Shown here piece after piece: positions 25,055 to 33,313 of a stretch of DNA of 33,779 bases; position 1 is the first letter of the stretch; the number at the start of each line of letters is the position of its first letter. The position numbers were made by a program, and so were the translations under genes. The DNA is from Rhodospirillales bacterium (GTDB taxonomy: Bacteria > Pseudomonadota > Alphaproteobacteria > Acetobacterales > Acetobacteraceae), in the NCBI GenBank assembly GCA_028870815.1, contig JAGWOU010000001.1, forward strand, positions 1 through 33,779. Direction: 5' to 3'. The notes under the pieces are model-generated. The model did no database searches. It had not been told where the DNA came from and saw only the letters and a program-made list of their open reading frames with translations.

Positions 25055-27362
25055 CAGCGAAATCCAGTTTCTCAACGCCGTCTCCCGGCCCGTGCCGCAT
25101 GATTCCGCGCGGGCGCATGTATCAGGGCGCGCTGTTTATACGGACGACATGCCCGAGGCGGTGGGCATGCTGCATGGGGCGTTCGGATTGTCCCAGGAGG
25201 CGCGTGCAAAAATCCTGAGCCTCGATCTTACCACCGTGCGAGCCGCACCCGGCGTGGTAGCGGTGTTTTCCGCCGCCGATATTCCCGGCAGGAACGATGT
25301 CAGCCCCTTTGCCGGTGATGACAGGCTCTTTGCCGAGGGCGAGGTGATTTATCACGGCCAGGCGGTCTTCCTGGTGGTGGCAACGAGTGTTGAGGCTGCG
25401 CGCCGCGCTGCGAAGTTGGGCAGGATTGAATATGAAAAATTGCCGGCCTTGCTTTCCATCGAGGACACACTGGCGGCGGGTTCCGTGGTCGAGCCCGCGC
25501 AGAGCATGGGGCGGGGCGATGTAGCGTTGGCGTTGGCGGCTGCGCCCCGCAGCGTGAAAGGCACGCTGGAGATTGGCGGGCAGGATCATTTTTATCTGGA
25601 AGGGCAGATCGCCATCGCCACCCCGCAGGAGGAAGGTCGGGTGCATGTGCTCTCCTCCACGCAACATCCCAGTGAGGTGCAACATATCGTCGCGCGCGTG
25701 CTGGGGCTTGTGGATGCCGAGGTGACTGTCGAGGTGCGGCGCATGGGCGGCGGCTTCGGGGGCAAGGAGACGCAGGCCTCTCTGTTTGCCACAGCTGCGG
25801 CTTTGGCGGCGGTGCGGACCGGGCGGCAGGTGAAGATCCGCGCGGACCGTGACGATGACATGATCCTGACCGGCAAGCGGCATGAATTCTCCGCTACTTA
25901 CGAGGCGGGGTTTGACGAAAACGGAATCGTCCAGGCGATTTCAATCGAGTTGGCATCGCGCTGCGGCTGCACGATGGATCTTTCAAACGCGATCAACGAC
26001 CGCGCGATGTTCCATACGGATAATTGCTATTTTTACCCGGCGGTGAAAATCCATTCGCAGCGCGCCAAAACCAACACGGTTTCCGCCACCGCCTTTCGTG
26101 GTTTTGGCGGGCCGCAGGGCATGATCGTGGCGGAGCGTACGATGGACCATATCGCCCACGAACTCGGCCTGGACCCGCTGCTGGTACGCCAGCGCAATCT
26201 CTATGGACCGGGGCGGGATGTAACGCCCTATGCGATGCAGGTGACGGATAATGTAGCACCAGAGATGATCGCCGAGCTTGTCGAGAGCAGCGATTATGAA
26301 AAGCGCCGTGCCAAGGTGGCGGAATGGAATGAAACGCACCGCATTATCAAGAAAGGTATTGCACTTACCCCGGTAAAATTCGGCATCAGCTTTACCACCA
26401 CCCATCTCAACCAGGGCGGGGCGTTGGTGAATATCTACACGGATGGTTCGATTTTGTTGAATCATGGCGGCACGGAGATGGGGCAGGGCCTCATGATCAA
26501 AGTGGCGCAGGTGGTGGCGGACGTATTCGCCGTACCGGTGGAGAGTGTGCGGATTTCTTCAACCCGGACCGATAAGGTTCCCAATACCAGTGCCACGGCG
26601 GCGTCCTCCGGTTCGGACCTCAACGGCATGGCGGCGTTTAACGCGGCGGAGACGATCAGGCGGCGTTTGGTGGAATTCGCGGCCAGGCATTTCGGCGTGG
26701 CGGAAGCGGATGTGCATTTCACGCAAGCTGGCGTACAGGCGGGGACGGAACTGCTGAGTTTCGCGAAACTTTGCCAGTTGGCCTATCTGAATCGCGTTTC
26801 TCTTTCCTCCACGGGCTTCTATGCTACGCCGGATATTCATTACGACCGCAAGACCCATACGGGCCGGCCATTCTATTATTTCGCTTATGGCGCGGCGGTG
26901 GCGGAAGTAGCGGTAGATACCCTGACCGGCGAGCATAAGGTGCTGGCGGTGGATATTCTGCACGATGTCGGCAAGTCGCTGAACCCGGCCATCGATCTCG
27001 GGCAGGTGGAAGGCGGGTTCATCCAAGGCATGGGCTGGCTCACCACCGAGGAATTGGTGTTCGATGAAAAAGGCCGTCTGCTCACCCATGCGCCTTCCAC
27101 CTACAAGATTCCTACGGCATCAGACCGTCCGGCGCGGATGGAGATCAAGCTCTGGGCGCCGGGGCGAAATGTGGAGCCGACCATTCATCGCTCCAAAGCC
27201 GTGGGGGAGCCGCCTTTCATGCTGGCCAATGCGGTGTTTTGTGCGCTGACCCAGGCTGTTTCCGCCGCTGTGTCTGAGGGTGGGTTTCCGAAACTTGATG
27301 CGCCCGCCACGCCGGAGCGGATATTGGCGGCCATTGCCGGGCTGCAGGCGGGCAATGGCTGA
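25047..27362 (+). CDS. xdhB: Xanthine dehydrogenase molybdopterin subunit
   Basis: QDHFYLEGQ, RMGGGFGGKE, AFRGFGGPQG, GGTEMGQG, TSATAASSGSD, SKAVGEPP (catalytic Glu). Confidence 0.97.
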   Translation: MADSEIQFLNAVSRPVPHDSARAHVSGRAVYTDDMPEAVGMLHGAFGLSQEARAKILSLDLTTVRAAPGVVAVFSAADIPGRNDVSPFAGDDRLFAEGEVIYHGQAVFLVVATSVEAARRAAKLGRIEYEKLPALLSIEDTLAAGSVVEPAQSMGRGDVALALAAAPRSVKGTLEIGGQDHFYLEGQIAIATPQEEGRVHVLSSTQHPSEVQHIVARVLGLVDAEVTVEVRRMGGGFGGKETQASLFATAAALAAVRTGRQVKIRADRDDDMILTGKRHEFSATYEAGFDENGIVQAISIELASRCGCTMDLSNAINDRAMFHTDNCYFYPAVKIHSQRAKTNTVSATAFRGFGGPQGMIVAERTMDHIAHELGLDPLLVRQRNLYGPGRDVTPYAMQVTDNVAPEMIAELVESSDYEKRRAKVAEWNETHRIIKKGIALTPVKFGISFTTTHLNQGGALVNIYTDGSILLNHGGTEMGQGLMIKVAQVVADVFAVPVESVRISSTRTDKVPNTSATAASSGSDLNGMAAFNAAETIRRRLVEFAARHFGVAEADVHFTQAGVQAGTELLSFAKLCQLAYLNRVSLSSTGFYATPDIHYDRKTHTGRPFYYFAYGAAVAEVAVDTLTGEHKVLAVDILHDVGKSLNPAIDLGQVEGGFIQGMGWLTTEELVFDEKGRLLTHAPSTYKIPTASDRPARMEIKLWAPGRNVEPTIHRSKAVGEPPFMLANAVFCALTQAVSAAVSEGGFPKLDAPATPERILAAIAGLQAGNG

Positions 27363-28275
27363 GTGGCTGAACAGCCTGCATGCCTTGCTGCCGCGTGGCC
27401 CCGTGGCGCTGGTGAGCGTGCTGGCGACGGAAGGCTCCGCGCCGCGTGGGGCGGGCACGAAGATGCTGGTGACGGCGGATAGCGTGGAGGGCACCATCGG
27501 TGGCGGCAATCTGGAATTCACTGCCATTTCTCAGGCGCGGGCGGCACTGGCCCATGCGCCCGGCAGCTGGGCAGTGCAGGATTATCCGCTGGGGCCACTG
27601 CTGGGCCAATGCTGCGGCGGACGGGTGCGGTTACTGGTTGAGCATCTTAACCCGGCTCAATGCGGATTTCTTGAGTCGGAGCCAGGGGAAACGCTGATTG
27701 CCGAGCTGACGGAAGGGGCCGTGCATCGCACCTATGGCGGACGGTTGCAGGCCAGCATTCTCGCCGCGCGCGGAGAAAAGCCTAGCTCGGGCACGAAGAT
27801 TGTCGAGCCCGTGGATGCGCCTTGCCGCCCGGTGCTGTTGTTCGGGGCCGGGCATGTGGGGCGGGCCATGGCGCGAGCATTCGCGGGGCTGCCGCTCTCA
27901 CTGGGGTGGTTCGATACGCGGGAAGAGTTGCGGGATCTGTCCGGTCTGGTCTGCTGCCCCGTGGAGGCGATGGAGGATGTTCTGGCCCAGGCCGCGCCGG
28001 ATGTGGCGGTGCTGATTCTCACCCACGACCATGGGCAGGATTACAGGCTAACTCTGGCGGCTTTGCGGGGGCGGGCCGGGTTTGTCGGCCTGATCGGGTC
28101 TGGCACAAAGCGGGCGCGGTTTTTTTCCCGCTTGCAGGCGGAGGGGGTTGATACGTCCCGGCTTCTTTGCCCCATCGGCCTGCCGGGGATTGCGGGCAAG
28201 CAGCCAGAAGTGATCGCCATTGCCGTGGCCGCGCAACTTTTAAGCCTGCCGAAGGATGAGCATGACCAAGCCTGA
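27355..28275 (+). CDS. xdhC: Xanthine dehydrogenase accessory (Moco insertion) protein
   Basis: GSAPRGAGTKM, GTIGGGNLE, LGQCCGG, FGAGHVG, GLIGSGTKR, CPIG...GKQPEVIA. Confidence 0.95.
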   Translation: MAEWLNSLHALLPRGPVALVSVLATEGSAPRGAGTKMLVTADSVEGTIGGGNLEFTAISQARAALAHAPGSWAVQDYPLGPLLGQCCGGRVRLLVEHLNPAQCGFLESEPGETLIAELTEGAVHRTYGGRLQASILAARGEKPSSGTKIVEPVDAPCRPVLLFGAGHVGRAMARAFAGLPLSLGWFDTREELRDLSGLVCCPVEAMEDVLAQAAPDVAVLILTHDHGQDYRLTLAALRGRAGFVGLIGSGTKRARFFSRLQAEGVDTSRLLCPIGLPGIAGKQPEVIAIAVAAQLLSLPKDEHDQA

Positions 28276-28738
28276 TGACGAGATTTTGCTGCGCAAGAGC
28301 TTCGAAGTTGCCAAGCGCGCGCAGGCGGGTGGCTGCCACCCGTTCGGCGCCATTCTGGCGGGGCCGGATGGGGAGGTGCTGATGGAACAGGGCAATGGAT
28401 TCCTGCCGGACCATGACATGACCGGCCATGCGGAACGGATTCTGGCAGACCGGGCCTCGATAAAATTTGGAAGCAAGTTCCTGGCCGATTGCACGCTTTA
28501 TTCCAGCGCAGAACCTTGCGCGATGTGCGCCGGGGCGATTTACTGGTCCGGCATCGGGCGGGTTGTATATGGCATGAGCGAGCATGAGCTAAAATCCATC
28601 ACCGGCAACCATGAAGAAAACCCGACGCTGGATCTGCCATGCCGCAACGTGTTTGCCGCCGGGCAGCGCAAGGTGGAGGTGCTGGGGCCGCTGCTGGTGG
28701 AAGAATCCCGGGCTCTACACGAAGGCATCTGGGGATGA
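28256..28738 (+). CDS. Zn-dependent nucleobase/nucleoside deaminase (CDA superfamily, possibly guanine deaminase)
   Basis: PFGA, HAE, EPCAMC, AIYWSGI. The start may be 28262. Substrate is inferred from context only. Confidence 0.85.
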   Translation: MSMTKPDDEILLRKSFEVAKRAQAGGCHPFGAILAGPDGEVLMEQGNGFLPDHDMTGHAERILADRASIKFGSKFLADCTLYSSAEPCAMCAGAIYWSGIGRVVYGMSEHELKSITGNHEENPTLDLPCRNVFAAGQRKVEVLGPLLVEESRALHEGIWG

Positions 28739-28785
28739 AAAAATTCTTCACCGATGCCGATATTACGGGAAGGTAAATTCTTTTG

Positions 28786-28968
28786 ATGGATCAAGAAACC
28801 CAGGCCGCTTATCTGGCGGCCGCTGAAAAACTGCTCGGCCTGCCCATCCGGCCCGAGCATAAAGAGGCAGTGCAAACCGCTTTCGCCGTCGTCTGCAAGC
28901 ATGCCGAATTGGTGACATCCTTTAAACTGCCACCGGAAACCGAGGCAGCCCCGCGCTATATTCCGTGA
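28786..28968 (+). CDS. AtzG/HpxX-like small amidase partner (DUF4089-like)
   Basis: 60 aa with YL...LLGLPI.PE...V...F.........V..F.LP...E.AP.Y.P, immediately upstream of an AtzE-type amidase. Confidence 0.8.
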   Translation: MDQETQAAYLAAAEKLLGLPIRPEHKEAVQTAFAVVCKHAELVTSFKLPPETEAAPRYIP

Positions 28969-28974
28969 GATTCC

Positions 28975-30324
28975 ATGAAACTTTTTGAACTCACTGCCAC
29001 CGGAATCGTCGCCCAGGTGCGCGCCGGCCGGTTCTCCGCCAGCCAGGTTCTGGCGGCGCATATCGCACGTATCGAGGCGTTGGATGCAACCTTCAACTGC
29101 TTCACGGCGCGAACCTTCGAACGCGCCCGCGCCGAGGCGGCCTTGGTGGATGCCAAAATCCAGGCAGGGCAGGAGCCCGGGCCGTTGGCCGGCGTGCCCT
29201 TCGCGGTGAAGAACCTGTTCGATATCGAGGGCCTGCCGACCGTCGCCGGGTCCAAAATCCGCCGCACCGCGCCGCCGCCAAAGGTTGACGCGCCGCATAT
29301 CAAACGGTTGAACGAGGCCGGGGCGGTGCTGCTTGGCGCGCTCAACATGGATGAATTCGCCTTCGGCTTCGTCACCGAAAACGCGCATGACGGGCCGACT
29401 CGCAATCCGCACGACCCTGAGCATGTCGCCGGCGGTTCTTCCGGCGGTTCTGTCGCCGCTCTGGCCGCCGGGTTCTGCGCCCTCACTTTGGGGTCCGATA
29501 CCAACGGCTCCATCCGCCTGCCCGCCGGGCTCACTGGTGTTTATGGGCTGAAAGCCAGTTATGGCCGCATCACGCGGGAGGGAACCTTCCCCTTCGTGGA
29601 CAGCTTCGACCATATCGGTCCGTTCGCCCGCTCCGTGGCCGATCTCGCTCTGGCCTATGATCTTTTGCAAGACGAGGATGAGGCAAGCCCCGTTTTGGGC
29701 CAGGGCATCGACCCCGCGCGCGTCGCCATGCTGGATGATTGGTTTCAACACGGTGCCAGCCCGGAAATGCTGGAGGCGCTGCACATCGTTGCTGATGCCC
29801 TGGGCGGCACCGCCAGCGTCACCCTGCCGGAGGCCAAACGTGCCCGCTCGGCGGCGTTCTGCATCACGGCCTTCGAGGGTGGGCAACTCCACAAGCCTGA
29901 CCTCATCGCCCGGCCGCGGGATTATGACCCCGCCACCCTGCCGCGCCTTCTTGCCGGCGCGCTGCAACCGGCGCAGACAATTTATCAGGCGCAGCGTTTC
30001 CGGGCCTGGTTCCGCCAGCAGGCCCTGGCGATTTTTGAGCGTTACGATCTGCTGCTGGCCCCGGCCACGCCCATTACCGCCCCGCTTATCGGCCAGCCAA
30101 CATTCGAGCTTGGCGGCGAGGCCGTGCCCACCCGCGCCAATATCGGCCTTTATACGCAGCCGATCAGCTTCATTGGCCTGCCGGTGGTCTGCGTGCCGGT
30201 GGCCTCAGCCGGCCTGCCGCGCGGCGTGCAGATCATCGCGGCCCCGGGGCGGGAGGCGCTGGCGCTGGCCGCCGCCGCGAGGCTGGAGGATAGGGGCGTG
30301 CTGTCCGCAAAGGTGGTGCCATGA
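28975..30324 (+). CDS. AtzE/HpxY-family amidase-signature hydrolase
   Basis: GPLAGVPFAVKNLFD, LNMDEFA.GF.TEN.H.G.TRNPHD, GGSSGGS, LGSDTNGSIR (Ser-cisSer-Lys triad), YTQPISFIGLP. Confidence 0.9.
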   Translation: MKLFELTATGIVAQVRAGRFSASQVLAAHIARIEALDATFNCFTARTFERARAEAALVDAKIQAGQEPGPLAGVPFAVKNLFDIEGLPTVAGSKIRRTAPPPKVDAPHIKRLNEAGAVLLGALNMDEFAFGFVTENAHDGPTRNPHDPEHVAGGSSGGSVAALAAGFCALTLGSDTNGSIRLPAGLTGVYGLKASYGRITREGTFPFVDSFDHIGPFARSVADLALAYDLLQDEDEASPVLGQGIDPARVAMLDDWFQHGASPEMLEALHIVADALGGTASVTLPEAKRARSAAFCITAFEGGQLHKPDLIARPRDYDPATLPRLLAGALQPAQTIYQAQRFRAWFRQQALAIFERYDLLLAPATPITAPLIGQPTFELGGEAVPTRANIGLYTQPISFIGLPVVCVPVASAGLPRGVQIIAAPGREALALAAAARLEDRGVLSAKVVP

Positions 30325-30701
30325 TCATCGATGACCCCGCGACGAAAGCCGAGATCGAGGCGTTGTTCGCCGCTTACGAACACGCCTTGATGACGAACGA
30401 TCTTGACGCTTTGCACAATTTCTTTTGGCCTTCGGCGCAGGTTCTGCGTTTCGGCGATACCGGCACGTCCTTCGGCATTGACGAGCTTGCCGCCTTCCGC
30501 CGCAACCGCAAGGGCGGTTCGCCCCAGCGCGTGCTGCAAAACACACGCATCGTTACCTTCGGGCCGGACCATGCCGTCGCCACCACGGAGTTTGTCCGCG
30601 AGGGCGAACCACGCCTGGGGCGGCAGACGCAAATCTGGGTGCGGTTTCCTGATCTCGGCTGGCGCATCGCCAGTGCGCATGTGTCGCTGGTGGCGGCTTA
30701 A
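30321..30701 (+). CDS. AtzH/HpxZ-like protein (DUF3225, SnoaL-like fold)
   Basis: F..YE.AL..ND...L...FW.S....RFG, TFG.D.AVA.TEF, GRQTQ.WVR...GWRI.SAHVS. Confidence 0.88.
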   Translation: MIIDDPATKAEIEALFAAYEHALMTNDLDALHNFFWPSAQVLRFGDTGTSFGIDELAAFRRNRKGGSPQRVLQNTRIVTFGPDHAVATTEFVREGEPRLGRQTQIWVRFPDLGWRIASAHVSLVAA

Positions 30702-31990
30702 AATCTTTCCAGCCGGAACGCCGAAGGGTCAACCACCGGCGTTTCACCCGCGACAATTTCCGCCATCAGCTGCCCAGCACCGGGGCCGATGCCGAACCCA
30801 TGGCCGGAAAACCCGGTGGCGATGTAAAACCCCTTTTGTGATTTCACTTCAGATATCACTGGAATTGCATCCGGCGTGCCGTCGATAAATCCTGCCCAGC
30901 TCTGCACCACCTTGGCATCCGCGAACACAGGCACGTCCCGTGCCAGATGATGCATCGCCTGGCGCAACCCGCGAAGCTGCGGGACAGGGTCGAGGATACG
31001 CTCTTGCGTGAACGGCGCATTGCTACCTGAAAGATAATCCCGCTCCTGCCGCCATTCTTGCAAAAACTGCCCGGAGACATGCGGGCGCAGGTAGTCGCGT
31101 TCAGACAGAAATCCCGGCAGGAATTTGAAAAGCAGCCTGAACACGTCAGGGGTTATCTCGGGCGAGGAGATCCAGCCATGGGCGATGGTGTAGCCGCCAT
31201 CCAACCGCTTGCGGAAAGCGTAATGCCGCGCGGAAGCCGACAATTCCGGCCCGTTCAATGGTGCTGTGCGTAAAACCGAAGACCGCACCTTCAATTGCGG
31301 CAATGCGATGCCGTGCTTGCGGCAAAACAGGCGAGACCACGCGCCGCCTGCCAGAACAACCTTCTGGCAGGCAATCCGCCCGCGTTCAGTTTCCACCGCG
31401 ATGATCTTTCCCGCCTCGCGCACCAACCCGGTCACGGCGCAATTCTGCAACATCGCTACCCCCGCCGCTTGCGCGGCGCGCGCCATGGCGGGCACGGCGA
31501 GTTGCGGCTCTGCCCGCGCGTCGCTTTCGGTGTAAAGCGCGCCTACAAATCGCCGCTGCGCTTCCGGCAGCAGAAGTGCTGTTTCGGCGGCATCCAACAC
31601 CCTGGAAGCAGCGCCCAGCGGCACGGCTTTTGCCGCCCAGGCAGCACGCTGACGTTGCTCCTTGGCGTTGGCGTTGAGGTACGCGATTCCGCAAACCCGA
31701 TATCCCGTCTCCGCCCCGGTCAGATCGTTCATCCGCGCCCATAGCCTGCGGCTCTCGAACATCAGCGGCAATTCCCGCAAATCGCGCCCTTGCACGCGTA
31801 CCCAGCCCCAGTTCCGGCTGGATTGCTCGGCGGCGATACGGCCTTTTTCGCACAGCACCACCTTCGCGCCCTTCTGCGCCAGGTTCCACGCCGTGCACAC
31901 GCCGATGATGCCGCCGCCGATCACCACCACATCCGCTTGCGCGGGGAATGGGGTAGACTTCGTTTCAACATTATCAACTTCAGGGCCCAT
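30698..31990 (-). CDS. FAD-dependent oxidoreductase (DAO / D-amino-acid dehydrogenase-like)
   Basis: DVVVIGGGIIG, EKG..AAEQSSRNWGW.R.QGR, D.TPD.IPVI, GFSGHGFGIGPG. Start ATG 31990 (the ORF-track extension to 32263 overlaps the MFS gene). Confidence 0.9.
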   Translation of the reverse strand: MGPEVDNVETKSTPFPAQADVVVIGGGIIGVCTAWNLAQKGAKVVLCEKGRIAAEQSSRNWGWVRVQGRDLRELPLMFESRRLWARMNDLTGAETGYRVCGIAYLNANAKEQRQRAAWAAKAVPLGAASRVLDAAETALLLPEAQRRFVGALYTESDARAEPQLAVPAMARAAQAAGVAMLQNCAVTGLVREAGKIIAVETERGRIACQKVVLAGGAWSRLFCRKHGIALPQLKVRSSVLRTAPLNGPELSASARHYAFRKRLDGGYTIAHGWISSPEITPDVFRLLFKFLPGFLSERDYLRPHVSGQFLQEWRQERDYLSGSNAPFTQERILDPVPQLRGLRQAMHHLARDVPVFADAKVVQSWAGFIDGTPDAIPVISEVKSQKGFYIATGFSGHGFGIGPGAGQLMAEIVAGETPVVDPSAFRLERF

Positions 31991-32018
31991 GGTGGAATTT
32001 TCCAGCGCCACGCAGGGC

Positions 32019-32045
32019 AGGTCAAGCGCCGCCGGGGCTTGACCT
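32019..32045. promoter_or_regulatory. Perfect 9-bp inverted repeat in the divergent intergenic region (operator or back-to-back -35 boxes)
   Basis: AGGTCAAGC-N9-GCTTGACCT. Each arm carries an outward-facing TTGACC. Confidence 0.45.
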
Positions 32046-32114
32046 CTGGGCCATGCGCAAACAGATAAAAGTCGGCCGCCTGGGCCACGATTTCGAAGAT
32101 GTATTGGATTTTTC

Positions 32115-33311
32115 GTGAGCATTACCAAAGCGGCTGCCAAAAACCACACCGGTCTCGCGCTGTTCGCGCTCTCCATGGGTGGGTTCGCCATCGGCACCAC
32201 GGAATTCGGCACGATGGGTCTGGTGCCATATTTCGCCAACGGCCTGCATATCGGCATCGTCAAAGCCGGGCAGGTGATCAGCGCCTATGCGTTGGGTGTG
32301 GTGGTGGGCGCGCCCATTCTGGCGGTGGCGGGCGCCAGGCTGCCGCGCCGGGTTATGCTCATCGGGCTGATGCTATTTTTCGGCCTCGGCAATTTGTTAA
32401 GTGCCGTAGCCCCCGATTTTGCCTGGATGATGGTGTTCCGCTTCATCGCCGGCCTGCCGCATGGCGCGTATTTCGGCGCCGCAGCGCTGGTGGCGGCGGA
32501 GTTGGTGCCGCCGGGCAAAAAAACCCAGGCCATTGCCAGCGTGCTGCTCGGCCTTACCGTCGCCACCATCTTTGGCGTGCCCTTGGCCAATGGCATCGGC
32601 CAGGTGCTGAACTGGCGCTGGGCCTTTGTGCTGGTGGCGCTGCTGGCGGCGGCCACGGCTGGTCTGGTGTTCGCGCTGGTGCCGCATATGGCCGCCGACA
32701 AATCCAGAAACCCGCTGTCTGAGCTTGACGCGTTGAGGAACAAGCAAGTTTGGCTCACCCTCGGCATTGGCGCCATTGGCTTCGGCGGGATGTTTGCTGT
32801 TTATACCTATCTCGATTCCACGCTGCTGGAGGTTACGAAGGCGCGGCCCTTCATGCAGCCGCTGGTGCTGGCGCTGTTCGGCGCGGGGATGACGTTTGGC
32901 AATCTTCTCGCCTCGCGCCTCGCGGACAAAGCCTTGATGCAGACCATCGCCGGTGTGCTCATCTGGTCGGCGCTGGTGATGGCGCTCTATCCGTTCATGA
33001 CCGGACATATCTGGAGCATGGCGCTGGCGGCATTTCTCATCGGCAATGGCGGCGGGCTCGGCTCGCCTTTGCAGGCGCGGTTGATGGATGTGGCGGGTAA
33101 GGCGCAAACCCTGGCGGCGGCACTGAACCACAGCGCCATGAACACGGCCAACGCGCTGGGGCCGGTGCTGGCGGGGCTGGCCATCAGCGCCGGGTGCGGC
33201 CTGCCTTCCACGGGCTGGGTGGGTGCTGCTTTGGCTGTTGCCGGGCTCGGTATCTGGGGGCTGGCGATGCTGGTAGCCCGGCGCGGTGGTGCGTTGGCGG
33301 GGGCAGAGTAG
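32115..33311 (+). CDS. MFS transporter (DHA1, AraJ/YdhP-like)
   Basis: FAIGTTEF..MG, AGQVISAYALGVVVGAP, RFIAGLPHGAYFG, GLTVA...GVP, WRWAF, LNHSA.N.ANALG. GTG start. Confidence 0.92.
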   Translation: MSITKAAAKNHTGLALFALSMGGFAIGTTEFGTMGLVPYFANGLHIGIVKAGQVISAYALGVVVGAPILAVAGARLPRRVMLIGLMLFFGLGNLLSAVAPDFAWMMVFRFIAGLPHGAYFGAAALVAAELVPPGKKTQAIASVLLGLTVATIFGVPLANGIGQVLNWRWAFVLVALLAAATAGLVFALVPHMAADKSRNPLSELDALRNKQVWLTLGIGAIGFGGMFAVYTYLDSTLLEVTKARPFMQPLVLALFGAGMTFGNLLASRLADKALMQTIAGVLIWSALVMALYPFMTGHIWSMALAAFLIGNGGGLGSPLQARLMDVAGKAQTLAAALNHSAMNTANALGPVLAGLAISAGCGLPSTGWVGAALAVAGLGIWGLAMLVARRGGALAGAE

Positions 33312-33313
33312 GT

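Noticed and set aside
28540-29967. 475-aa minus-strand ORF opposite the amidase
   Set aside because: Antisense shadow of well-supported plus-strand genes.
31991-32263. N-terminal extension of the DAO ORF
   Set aside because: Overlaps the divergent MFS gene. The FAD-binding motif starts shortly after ATG 31990.
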